From positions 19,470,001 to 19,534,000 of the forward strand of contig CM075988.1 in the NCBI GenBank assembly GCA_038087875.1: 64,000 bases of DNA, written 5' to 3'. The position numbers and the translations under genes were made by a program. This document shows positions 53,198-64,000 of the stretch, in pieces. Positions within the stretch are counted from its first letter, which is position 1. Every line of letters begins with the position of its first letter. The DNA is from Malacoraja senta. Its lineage: Eukaryota. Under the pieces are notes generated by a model. The model searched no databases, had not been told where the DNA came from, and worked only from the letters and a program-made list of their open reading frames with translations.

Positions 53198-53512
53198 TTT
53201 AGCCTTTGGAGATGCAGCACAGAAACAGGCCCTTCGGCCCACCGAGTCCGCACTGACCAAATATCACCCGTATCATAGCACTATCTTACACACTAAGGAC
53301 AATTTACAATTTTTCTTTCCAATTTTTACTGAAGCCAATTCATCTATAAAACCTGTAAGTCTTTGGAGTGTGGGTGGAAACCGGAGCACCAGGAGAAAAC
53401 CCATGCGGACACAGGGAGAAAGTACAAACTTCATACAGACAGCACCTGTAGTCAGAATGGAACCTGGGTCTCTGGCACTGGCAACTCTACCACTGCGCCA
53501 CTGCTCTGCCCA
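53198..53512 (-). mobile_element. HE1-like SINE
   Basis: Reverse-complement SINE motifs. Confidence 0.85.
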
Positions 53513-53697
53513 CAGATGTTGGTGAGCTTTCTTTGCGACTGCATCAATCCCTTGGGCCCAGAGATATCTTCCTTATTTGCAAATCTTAGCCTAACTTCAA
53601 AACCAATTGCAAAAGACAAGACACCAGGACCTACAGATGCTGGAATCTTCAATAAAACACAAGCTGCTAGTGGAACTCAGCGGGTCACGCAGCATCT

Positions 53698-54010
53698 TTT
53701 AGCTTAGAGATATAGCGTGGGAACAGGCCCTTTGGCCCACCGAGTCTGCGCCGACCAGCGATCCCCACATCTTCACACTATCCTACACACACTAGGGACA
53801 ATTTACACTTATACCAAGCCAATTAACCTACATACCTGTACGTCTTTGGAGTGTGGGAGGAAACCGAAGATCTCGAAGAAAACCCACACAGGTCACGAGG
53901 AGAACATACAAACTCCATACAGACAGCACCCATAGTCGGGATCGAACCCGGGTCTCAGGCGCTGCAAACGCTGTAAGGCAGCAACTCTACCGCTGCGCCA
54001 CTGCGCCGCG
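53698..54010 (-). mobile_element. HE1-like SINE, young, full length
   Basis: CpG-rich with intact A and B boxes. Confidence 0.9.
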
Positions 54011-54609
54011 CTCAATATGGAGGATAGACACAAATTGCTGGAGTAACTCAGTTGAGTAAATTAGGTAGCATCTCTGGAGAAAAGGAATAGGTGACGTTTT
54101 GGGTCGGACTCTATAGAGTCTGCATCCATAGAGGGAAACGGATAGACCTTGTTTCTAGTCGGGACCCTGTTGCAAGAAAAGAGGTCAGTTTGAATCATAA
54201 ATTTAGGCCACATTTTGTCAATCTGGATCACACTTATACCCATTCAGATTAACGTGGGAAGTATCGGAGGCTGCTAGAATCCATGCCCAGATGAAGTGGA
54301 GCTCGTCAGTTATTGCAAATGGAATTTCCATGTAAATTTGAGCGATAAGGAACAATAATTTCAGATAACATATTCCCTTAAATATCGAGAAACCAGCTTC
54401 TATTGTACTGCCATCAATTGACTGACAGTGTACAGACTAGTTATAATGCGTTACATCACAGTCAGGAAGATGAAGCATGACTGCAGATAATTGCCTCACC
54501 CCAAATGCTTATAATTGACTCGGCTATGATTTTATGTCCACTGCCTTCAATAATATTCCATGCTGTTAAACACGTATGGAGATATGTAAGCTTGAAGATG
54601 CGGCGGAAT

Positions 54610-54760
54610 TGATGCTGTGTTACTGGATTAGTAATCCAGAAACCTGGACTAGTGATCCAGAAATGCTTTACATCTCATCGTTACAGGTGGAGAATTTTAA
54701 TTTAGTTAATTAAATAATCTGGAAATGACAGTCTGAAATCAGTAATGGTGGAAAACCATA
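54610..54760 (+). mobile_element. Old tRNA-derived (LF-SINE-like) SINE relic
   Basis: ACTGGATTAGTAATCCAGA...GGTGGAGAATTTTAATT..AATAATCTGGAA..CAGTAATGGTG resembles a recalled elasmobranch SINE consensus. Confidence 0.5.
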
Positions 54761-55609
54761 GCGGGAGCATTAACAGCACAAAATCTTTCTGACTGCCAAC
54801 CCTAACATCATTATTTCATTCAGTAACCGATAGCATTGTACCTCCAATGGAGAGGTCCTTAATTTTGGTGGACAGGCAGCAGTAGAAAAGAAGGCCGTGG
54901 AATTAGTCAATGTCATTAGAAACTCATCAAACTTACTAATGCTCCTCATAAAATGGAGTCTCTGTGTTTAGAGATGCAATAAAGTGCAGATGCTGCAGTC
55001 TTGAGCAAAACACAAAGTGCTGGAGGGACTTGGAAAATTGTATTTATTGTATCTTTTTGTCTTTTTTGAGAAATACAATAAATTAATAACCATAACATGA
55101 GATAACCATAATAATGCAAAAGACAAAATCCATAGTGGAACCAAAGCCATAGTCCATAGTTACTGAGGTTAGTGTTGTGCAGTCTTCAAGAGCCCAATTG
55201 TTGCCTATTGTTGCCAATTGTTGCCCAATTGTTGTCTTGAAACTAGAGGTCACGGTTTTCAGACTCCTGTACCTTCCTCCCGATGGTAGTAGTGAGATGG
55301 GATCGTGGTCAGAGTGGTGTGGGCCTTTGATGATATTGGCTGTCATTTTGAGGCAGCCCTTCCTACAGATCCCTTCAATGGTGGGGTGGTCAGTACCCCA
55401 GATGGACTGGGCAGTGTCTACCACTCTCTGTGGTATCCTTTGTTCCTGGGCATTAGATTAGATTAAGTCAGGCTGGTGATGGAACTCAGATGTTTCTCCA
55501 TGAATGCCGTGAAACAGTATTAAAGTTGTAGCAGTTGTCATGGTGAGAAAACATAGTTAATTATTTACTTGCAAATCTCCAACACGTTCCAGGCTGTGAA
55601 TGAGGAGAA

Positions 55610-55900
55610 ATGGTAGAGTAGCTGCCCTACAGCGCCAGGGACCTGGGTTCGTCCTGATAATGGGTGTTGTCTGGATGGAGTTTTCACATTCTCCCTGTGA
55701 CTGTGTGGGTTTTCTCCAGGTGGCCCGGTTTCCTCCAAGGACGGACAGGTTTGTAGGTTAATTGGCGCCTATAAAATTGTAAATTATCCCTAGTGTGTAG
55801 GATAGTGCTAATGTACAGGTTGATCATTGATCCGCGCAGACTCGGTGGGCTGAAGAGCATGTTTCCGTGCTGCAGGTCTAAAGTCTAAAAGTATAAAGTC
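55610..55900 (+). mobile_element. HE1-like SINE
   Basis: Head remnant, V-domain and tail. Confidence 0.83.
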
Positions 55901-55977
55901 CAAAATATAGGAACACATGTGGTCTTGGATGGAAACACAGAGGTGAGAACAATAATTTAAACGTCTCATCATCTGAT

Positions 55978-56045
55978 GGTTCCTCAGATACATCAACTCT
56001 TGATGTATCTGAGGATACATCAAGAGTTGATGTATCTGAGGAACC
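55978..56045. repeat. Perfect inverted repeat (32-bp arms, 4-nt spacer)
   Basis: GGTTCCTCAGATACATCAACTCTTGATGTATC-TGAG-GATACATCAAGAGTTGATGTATCTGAGGAACC. Confidence 0.95.
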
Positions 56046-56124
56046 TTCGCAACGCATTTAAAACAAATTATAGCTGGCCCATCATTGGAGCAACATTATT
56101 TAGTTATGTAGATACAATGAAATT

Positions 56125-56665
56125 GTAGATAGACACAAAATGCTGGAGTAACTCGGCTGAACAGGCAGCATTTCTGGAGAGAAGGAATGGGTGATGTTTC
56201 GGGTCAAGATCCTCCTTCAGTCTGAAGAAGGGGCTCGACCCAAAACGTAGATATGTCTGAAGAAGGGGCTCAACCCGAAACGTCGCCTGTTCCTTCTCTC
56301 CAGAGATGCTGCCTGTCCCGCTGAGTTACTCCAGCAATTTCTGTCTATCTTCGGTTTACACCAAAATCTGCAGTTCCTTCCTACATATTTCCTGGGTTGT
56401 AAGCTGCCCAAGCGAAATATGAGATGCTGTTCCTCTAATTTGCATTTAGCCTCACTCTGACAAGGAAATGGCAATGCTGGTTTACACAAAAAGGCACAAA
56501 GATACTGGAGTAGCTCAGCAGGTCAGGCAACATCTCTGGTGAATATGGATAGGTGACGTTTCGGGTCAGGAGCCTTCCCAAAAAGTCCCGACCCGAAACA
56601 TCACCTGCCCACATTCTCCAGAGATGCTGCCTGACCTGCTAAGCTACTCCAGCACTTTGTGACTG
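56125..56665. mobile_element. Cluster of Penelope pLTR hairpins plus a short GIY-YIG C-terminal fragment (~56385-56465, minus)
   Basis: Two inverted pLTR pairs; peptide KCKLEEQHLIFRLGSLQP matches the end of ORF 40122-40688. Confidence 0.78.
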
Positions 56666-57440
56666 CTTAGTCATAAATCTTTGACGTGGAAACGTTGGAA
56701 AAATCTTGTCACTGGTGCATTAGCCAAGTTTAAAGACAAAATGTAAACTGAATCCAATCTGTGACAACATTTGGGACTCACTTCAGGTGATGTGCAAGAT
56801 AAGGCTGCCTCCCAGCACGGTTTCATGCAAGGATTATTAACCACAATCTTTTAATGCGTAATGCTAATTCCTCTGGGACACACTGACAGAGAAATAATTA
56901 GAGGGCAGACGGACAAGCAAATTTGCAAATATGACTTCGAATTTAGAATGTTTAAATTTCCAAGCCCAACGAAAAATATATTTGCAGAATCCTCACTGAC
57001 AGTCGATGATGCATTTGTCCCAGAGAAAATGTGCAATCTTCACCATTCCCTTGTCCAAAGAAAGCAATCAACATGTTTCCCACAAAGATGAACTTATTTT
57101 CATAAAAACAGAACTGTCTCAGTTGTGAACCTATTTCTTCACCAGACTGTATTTGACAAATCTACAACTATAAACTCCAGTGTGTGGAAACATTAACGAT
57201 GGTTATTTTGAATAAGTGTCAGTCATTATAAAAGGTGTTTTTATGTTTTAATCGTGCTCTTCAGATATGACATGTAGATTCATGTTCAATTAATTAAATT
57301 CAAAGACTTTACAAGGAAGAGCACACACAAAATCCCACAGGTAAGAAATAAACAAAATAGTAAAAATAAAACAAAGTGCTGGAGGAACTCAACCAGTCAG
57401 GCAGCATCTGAGGAGGAAATGGATAGACCACATTTCAGGT

Positions 57441-57742
57441 CAGGGTGACACAGTGGTGCAACAGGTGGAGCTGCTGCCTCACAACGCCAGAGACAGGGTT
57501 CAATCGTGATCTTCGTGTGCTGTCTGTGTGGAGTTTGCATGTTCTCCGCATGGGGTTTTCTCCATGTGCTCCTGATTCCTCCCACGTCCCAAAGACATGT
57601 GGGTTTGTAAGTTAATTGGCTTCTGTAAAATTGCCCTTAATGTGTAGGGAGTGGATGGGAAAGTGGGATAACAGAGAACTAGTGATGAACGGGTGATGCA
57701 TGGTCAGCATGGCTCATTTCCATTCTGTATTTCTAAACTAAA
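57441..57742 (+). mobile_element. HE1-like SINE nested in a Penelope pLTR hairpin
   Basis: pLTR arms at ~57370-57440 and ~57760-57875. Confidence 0.78.
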
Positions 57743-57959
57743 TCTTTCTACAGAACCTGTCCGAAGATGGGTTTGTCTAAAACATCATCTGTCCATTCCA
57801 CAGATGCGGCCTGACTCATTGAGTTCCTCCAGCACTTTGCAATTTGTTCAAGATTCCAGCATCAGCAATCTCTAGTGTGTCTGAGAAATAACAAACCAGA
57901 GCAACTGCATCTGTTGGTGGTTGTAAGATAAATGTCAGATTACCAGGTACAATCTGCTT

Positions 57960-58164
57960 GTGTAGGAAGGAACTGCAGATGCTGGTTTAAATCAAAGATA
58001 GACACAAAATGCTGGAGTAACTCAGCGGGACAGGCAGCATCTCTGGAGAGAAGGAATGGGTGATGTTTCAGGTCGAGACCCTTCTTCAGACTGAAGAATC
58101 ACCCATTCCTTCTCTCCAGAGATGCTGCCTGTCCCGCTGAGTTACTCCAGCATTTTGTGTCTAT
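57960..58164. mobile_element. Inverted pair of Penelope pLTR fragments (near-perfect ~66-bp arms)
   Basis: ATAGACACAAAATGCTGG...GGGTGAT / ATCACCC...CCAGCATTTTGTGTCTAT. Confidence 0.82.
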
Positions 58165-59221
58165 ATACAATCTGCTCATCTCAGATTGGGATCAAGTGAT
58201 CTGTAATTTGTGTAAGGGCCTCTGAGAGAGCTGGATTATTTCCAGGATTATTGCAAGATCCTGGATTATTACCTCGGACTAGTTTTGATCGGACTTTACT
58301 GGCTTTATTTTGCACTAACCATTATTCACGTTATTTCCTTTCTCATGTATCGGCACACTGTCGATGGCTCGATTGTAATCATGTATTGTCTTTCCGCTGA
58401 CTGGTTCGCACACAACAAAAAGCTTTTCACTGTACACGTGACAATAAAATTAAGTAAACTAAATAAACATCGTCTCCTCCTACTTTTCCAATGACAGGGT
58501 CATGAGTCCAGCTTATTATTTTATTCACAGCTGAGAATTAAAATGACACTATGACTTCATCCAATAGCTCTACAAAATGCTTCTCTTTTATTTGGACTCT
58601 TTAATAGCTTTTATGCATGATATTTATGGCCTTCAATACATCATTGCTTAAGTTTAATAAAGATGATTCAAAGACAATCCAAATATTGACATATAGATCA
58701 CTATTAATTTATGAAGAGGTTTTTATTTGTCATATTTGAAATTCTTGATGTTTTTTTTTTAAAGCAATTGAACCGTCACAGCCTGAAGAAAAATATTGCT
58801 TTAGAGTTGCAATACTGAGCACCAGGGTTTAATTAAGTCAGGGGTCTGAGGAAGATGTGGGTCTGGGTGAGGGAGCAGGTACAGATTGCATAAATCTCCA
58901 GAAACTAACTAATGCAGAAAGTTTAGTTCATAAGTTCATACGTTATAGGAGCAGAATTAGGACATTTGGCCCATCAAGTCTACTCCACCATTCAATCAGG
59001 GCTGATCTATCTTTCCCTTTCAACCCCATTCTCCTGCCTTGTCCCCATAATCCGTGACACAAAGAAACATAGTGTGAAACCAACATCTGGTGAAATGAAG
59101 ACATTAATCAATATATCCATCCTGCATTTTCCTTGGTTGGATGGCCCAAATACCTTCACACTTCCCCACTGTGATATTGAGCCTCAGCTCAACACACCTC
59201 CCACTGGAAGGTGCTAAGCCA

Positions 59222-59645
59222 CAAGGCCACCAAACTCAATTTCACAGCATTTCAGGCAAAGTGCAGGCCACCAAACTCAATTTCACAGCATTTCAAGCAG
59301 AGTGCAGGCCACCAAACTCAATTTCACAGCATTTCAGGCAGAGTGCAGGCCACTAAACTCAATTTCACAGCATTTCAGGCAGGGTGCAGGCCACTAAACT
59401 CAATTTCACAGCATTTCAGGCAGAGTGCAGGCCACCAAACTCAATTTCACCACATTTCAGGCAGAGTGCATGCCACCAAACTCAATTTCACAGCATTTCC
59501 AGCAGAGTGCAGTCACCAAACTCAATTTCATAGCATTTCAAGCAGAGTGCAGGCCACTAAACTCAATTTCACAGCATTTCAAGCAGAGTGCAGGCCACCA
59601 AACTCAATTTCACAGCATTTCATGCAGAGTGCAGGCCACCAAATT
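59222..59645. repeat. 41-bp minisatellite, ~10 copies
   Basis: Unit CAGAGTGCAGGCCACCAAACTCAATTTCACAGCATTTCAGG. Confidence 0.93.
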
Positions 59646-60005
59646 GCCAAACAACTCATTGCATTGTCATTAAGGGCTAACAAATAATTTATTGCTAGTA
59701 CATTACAGACTCATAGTCCAAGCATTACAGCTTAGAATCACAGTTGTGGACTCTCCCTCGCGATCTTCCAGAGTGACTGACTCACGTCCAAGCATCCGGG
59801 GTTTTATAGATCTGCCCCTCCCCCTCTCCCCCCCGGAGGCGAGAGGACCAATCAGCTGATCTCAGGATTTTTTTAACACTCTGAACTTTTTTATTTTTCA
59901 TTGATCGGAAAAGTCCTCGGGGCTGCCTCAGCAAAGGAGGACTGTGAGTAAGACCTCCATCTGGTCAGGGAGAGCGAGGAAGTCATAGAGAGAAGTTACA
60001 GAGAG

Positions 60006-60767
60006 GTGGTCACTCCAAGACCCGAGGAGGCAGGCAAGTGGGTCACAGTTAGGAGGGGCAAGGGGCAGAGGCAGGGACTAGAGAGTACCCCAGTGGCTGT
60101 ACACCTTTACAATAAGTACTCCTGTTTGAGTACTGTTGGGGGGGACAGCCTACCTGGGGGTAGCAACAGCGGCAGGGCCTCCGGTACAGAGACCGGCCCT
60201 GTTGCTCAGAAGGGTAAGGAAAAGAAGAGGAGGGCAGTAGTAATAGGGGACTCTATAGTTAGGGGGTCAGGTAGGCGATTCTGTGGATGCAGTCAGGAGA
60301 CCCGGATGGTAGTTTGCCTCCCTGGTGCCAGGGTCTGGGATGTGTCTGAACGTGTCCAAGATATCCTGAAATGGGAGGGAGCGGAGCCCGAGGTCGTGGT
60401 ACATATAGGTACCAATGACATAAGTAGAAAAAGAGAAGAGGTCCTGAAAGGAGAATTTAGGGAGTTAGGAGGAGAGTTAAGGAGAAGGACCGCAAAGGTA
60501 ACAATCTCGGGATTACTGCCTGTGCCACGCGACAGTGAGAGTAGGAATGGAGCGAGGTGTAGGATAAATGCGTGGATGAAGGACTGGTGCAGAGGGCAAG
60601 GATTCAAGTTTCTGGATCATTGGGACCTCTTTTGTGGAAGGTGTGACCTGTACAAAAAGGACGGGTTGCACTTGAACCCGAGGGGGACCAATATCTTGGC
60701 AGGGAGATTTGCAAAGGCTACTGCGGAGACTTTAAACTACAACGGTTGGGGGGAGGGACTCAAATAG
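60006..60767 (+). CDS. CR1 ORF1 C-terminal part, SGNH/GDSL-like esterase domain
   Basis: Motifs VIGDSIVRG, CLPGA, HIGTND, DGLHLN. Confidence 0.9.
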   Translation: MVTPRPEEAGKWVTVRRGKGQRQGLESTPVAVHLYNKYSCLSTVGGDSLPGGSNSGRASGTETGPVAQKGKEKKRRAVVIGDSIVRGSGRRFCGCSQETRMVVCLPGARVWDVSERVQDILKWEGAEPEVVVHIGTNDISRKREEVLKGEFRELGGELRRRTAKVTISGLLPVPRDSESRNGARCRINAWMKDWCRGQGFKFLDHWDLFCGRCDLYKKDGLHLNPRGTNILAGRFAKATAETLNYNGWGEGLK

Positions 60768-60783
60768 AGAAAGCTAGTAGACA

Positions 60784-62249
60784 ATGTGTGAGGCAGGAGG
60801 CAGAGAAGGGAAGCACGCAGACCCAACATGTAGGGGGGAAAGAAGAAAAAATAATAAACAAAGAATAAGAGGTGGTGGGTTTCTTAAATGTGTGAGCAGA
60901 GAGACAGAGGGGTGTAAAATGAGGGTAGAAGCAATAGGTAGCAAGGTGAAAAGTAAAAGTGGCAGGCAGACAAATCCAGGGCAAAAATCAAAAAGGGCCA
61001 CTTTTCAACATAATTGTATAAGGGGTAAGAGCATTGTAAAAACAAGCCTGAAGGCTTTGTGTCTCAATGCAAGGAGCATTTGTAATAAGGTGGATGAGTT
61101 GAATGTGCAGATAGCTATTAATGATTGTGATATAGCTGGGATCACGGAGACATGGCTCCAGGGTGACCAAGGCTGGGAGCTGAACATCCAGGGATATTCA
61201 ATATTCAGGATGGATAGACAGAAAGGAAAAGAAGGTGGCATAGCGTTGCTGATTAGAGAGGAGATTAACGCAATGAAAAGGAAGGACATTAGCTTGGAGG
61301 ATGTGGAATCGATATGGGTAGAGCTGCGAAACACTAAGGGGCAGAAAACGCTAGCAGGTGTTGTGTACAGGCCACCTAACAGTAGTAGTGGAGTTGGGGA
61401 TGGCATTAAACAGGAAATTAGAAATGCGTGCAACAAAGGTAAAACAGTTATAATGGGTGACTTCAATCTACATATAGATTGGGTGAATCAAATTGGCAGG
61501 GGTGCTGAGGAAAAGGATTTCTTGGAATGTATGCGGGATAGTTTTCTAAACCAACATGTAGAGCAACCAACGAGAGAGCAGGCTATTCTAGACTGGGTTT
61601 TGAGTAATGAGGAAGGGTTAGTTAGCAGTCTTGTTGTGCGTGGCCCCTTGGGCAAGAGTGACCATAATATGGTTGAGTTCTTCATTAGGATGGAGAGTGA
61701 CATTGTTAATTCAGAAACAAGGGTTCTGAACATAAAGAAAGGTAACTTTGAGGGTATGACGTGAATTGGCCAGGATTGACTGGCAATTGATTTAAAGACT
61801 GCATGGATGAACTACAACAATTGTTCATCCCAGTTTGGCAAAAGAATAAATCAGGGAAGGTAGTGCATCCGTGGATAACAAGGGAAATCAGAGATAGTAT
61901 CAAAACAAAAGATGAAGCGTACAAATTAGCCAGAAAAAGCAGCCTACCAGACTGGGAGAAATTCAGATTCCGGCAGAGGAGGACAAAGTGCTTAATTAGG
62001 AAAGGGAAAATAGATTATGAAAGAAAACTGGCAGGGAACATAAAAACTGACTGCAAAAGTTGTTATACATATGTGAATAGAAAGAGATTAGTTAAAACAA
62101 ATGTAGGTCCCTTGCAGTCAGAAACAGGTGAATTGATCATGGGGAACAAGGACATGGCAGACCAATTGAATAACTACTTTGGTTCTGTCTTCACTGTGGA
62201 AGACATAAATAATCTGCCGGAAATAGCAAGGGACCTACATTTGTTTTAA
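60784..62249 (+). pseudogene. CR1 ORF2 N-terminal part (APE endonuclease plus linker), frameshifted
   Basis: LNARS, ITETWL, VYRPPN, MGDFN, SDHN. Frame breaks near 61760-61800 and 62235-62270. Confidence 0.9.
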
Positions 62250-62275
62250 CTAATGGAGTTAATGAGTCAAATGAG

Positions 62276-63838
62276 ATGGAGGAACTGAGTGAAATCCAGG
62301 TTAGCCAGGAAGTGGTGTTAGGTAAAGTGAATGGATTAAAGGCCGATAAATCCCCAGGGCCAGATAGGCTGCATCCCAGAGTACTTAAGGAAGTAGCCCC
62401 AGAAATAGTGGATGCATTAGTGATAATTTTTCAAAATTCCTTAGATTCTGGAGTAGTTCCTGAGGATTTGAGGGTAGCTAATGTAACCCAACTTTTTAAA
62501 AAGGGAGGGAGAGAGAAAACGGGGAATTACAGACCAGTTAGTCTAACATCGGTAGTGGGGAAACTGCTAGAGTCAATTATTAAAGATGGGATAGCAGCAC
62601 ATTTGGAAAGTGGTGAAATCATTGGACAAAGTCAGCATGGATTTACGAAAGGTAAATCATGTCTGACGAATCTTATAGAATTTTTCGAGGATGTAACTAG
62701 TAGAGTGGATAAGGGAGAACCAGTGGATGTGTTATATCTGGACTTTCCGAAGGCTTTCGACAAGGTCCCACATAAGAGATTAGTATACAAACTTAAAGCA
62801 CACGGTATTAGGGGTTCAGTATTGATGTGGATAGAGAACTGGCTGGCAAACAGGAAGCAAAGAGTAGGAGTAAACGGGTCCTTTTCAGAATGGCAGGCAG
62901 TGACTAGTGGGGTACCTCAAGGCTCAGTGCTAGGACCCCAGCTATTTACAATATATATTAATGATTTGGACGAGAGAATTGAATGCAACATCTCCAAGTT
63001 TGCGGATGACACGAAGCTGGGGGGCAGTGTTAGCTGTGAGGAGAATGCTAGGAGGCTGCAAGGTGACTTGGATAGATTGGGTGAGTGGGCAAATGCATGG
63101 CAGATGCAGTATAATGTGGATAAATGTGAGGTTATCCACTTTGGTGGCAAAAATAGGAAAGTAGACTATTATCTAAATGGTGGCCGATTAGGAAAAGGGG
63201 AGATGCAACGAGACCTGGGTGTCATGGTACACCAGTCATTGAAAGTAGGCATGCAGGTGCAGCAGGCAGTGAAGAAAGCGAATGGTATGTTAGCATTCAT
63301 AGCAAAAGGATTTGAGTATAGGAGCAGGGAGGTTCTACTGCAGTTGTACAGGGTCTTGGTGAGACGACACCTGGAGTATTGCGTACAGTTTTGGGCTCCA
63401 AATCTGAGGAAAGACATTCTTGCCATAGAGGGAGTACAGAGAAGGTTCACCAGACTGATTCCTGGGATGTCAGGACTTTCATATGAAGAAAGACTGGATA
63501 GACTCGGCTTGTACTCGCTAGAATTTAGCCGATTGAGGGGGGATCTTATAGAAACTTACAACATTCTTAAGGGATTGGACAGGCTAGATGCAGGAAGATT
63601 GTTCCCGATGTTGGGGAAGTCTAGGACAAGGGGTCACAGTTTAAGTATAAAGGGGAAATCCTTTAGGACCGAGATGAGAAAAACATTTTTCACACAGATA
63701 GTGGTGAATCTCTGGAACTCTCTGCCACAGAAGGTAGTTGAGGCCAGTTCATTGGCTATATTTAAGAGGGAGATAGATGTGGCCCTTGTGGCTAAAGAGA
63801 TCAGGGGGTATGGAGAGAAGGCAGGTACAGGATACTGA
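62276..63838 (+). CDS. CR1 ORF2 reverse transcriptase domain (open 520 aa, disconnected from the upstream part)
   Basis: PGPD, NYRPVSLTS, QHGF, LDFPKAFD, GVPQGSVLGP, FADD. Confidence 0.95.
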   Translation: MEELSEIQVSQEVVLGKVNGLKADKSPGPDRLHPRVLKEVAPEIVDALVIIFQNSLDSGVVPEDLRVANVTQLFKKGGREKTGNYRPVSLTSVVGKLLESIIKDGIAAHLESGEIIGQSQHGFTKGKSCLTNLIEFFEDVTSRVDKGEPVDVLYLDFPKAFDKVPHKRLVYKLKAHGIRGSVLMWIENWLANRKQRVGVNGSFSEWQAVTSGVPQGSVLGPQLFTIYINDLDERIECNISKFADDTKLGGSVSCEENARRLQGDLDRLGEWANAWQMQYNVDKCEVIHFGGKNRKVDYYLNGGRLGKGEMQRDLGVMVHQSLKVGMQVQQAVKKANGMLAFIAKGFEYRSREVLLQLYRVLVRRHLEYCVQFWAPNLRKDILAIEGVQRRFTRLIPGMSGLSYEERLDRLGLYSLEFSRLRGDLIETYNILKGLDRLDAGRLFPMLGKSRTRGHSLSIKGKSFRTEMRKTFFTQIVVNLWNSLPQKVVEASSLAIFKREIDVALVAKEIRGYGEKAGTGY

Positions 63839-64000
63839 GTTGGATGATCAGCCATGATCATATTGAATGGCGGTGCAGGCTCGAAGGGCCGAATGGCCTA
63901 CTCCTGCACCTATTTTCTATGTTTCTATGGCCAAAAATCTAGCGATATATGGTAGCGTTTTTTCTAAAATCAATATGCAGCGCAGACAGGAAGTGGTCAA

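Larger units (their letters stand above)
59954..63929 (+). mobile_element. Near-full-length CR1-clade LINE, 5' truncated within ORF1, ORF2 disrupted
   Basis: ORF1 esterase, APE and RT domains; tail TTTTCTATGTTTCTATG. Confidence 0.96.
59220..64000 (-). mobile_element. Second, partial member of the Helitron family, interrupted by the CR1 LINE (59954-63929)
   Basis: Related minisatellite. 59700-59953 plus 63928-64000 align to 34930-35270. No 3' hairpin or CTAG seen. Confidence 0.75.

Noticed and set aside
59141..59687. Repetitive ORFs or CRISPR-like array
   Set aside because: 41-bp tandem repeat without spacers.

Overview
Repeat-dense eukaryotic DNA with no recognisable host protein-coding gene, so probably intronic or intergenic. 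The repeat content (HE1-type tRNA/V-domain SINEs, CR1/HER1-type LINEs) points to a cartilaginous fish, probably a skate or ray; this is an inference. The window holds about 17 HE1-like SINEs, many 5'-truncated CR1 and Rex1/Babar-like LINE fragments, and one near-full-length but disrupted CR1 LINE (ORF1 SGNH esterase, ORF2 APE-RT, 59954-63929). It also has a 5'-truncated Penelope (GIY-YIG) element and about 20 short Penelope pLTR derivatives carrying a hammerhead-ribozyme-like core. Other elements are RTE relics, a solo LTR with a 4-bp TSD, two hAT-type MITEs with 8-bp TSDs, a 3.1-kb composite TIR element with a 6-bp TSD and a Harbinger-like MITE. There is one complete non-autonomous Helitron (34275-36212) and a second partial copy; both carry minisatellites and TATA-Inr promoter-like modules. 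A 200-N assembly gap lies at 41500-41699. Family names come from my recall of consensus motifs, not from database searches. Boundaries of degraded fragments are approximate (about +/-20 bp); TSD-delimited boundaries were read directly.
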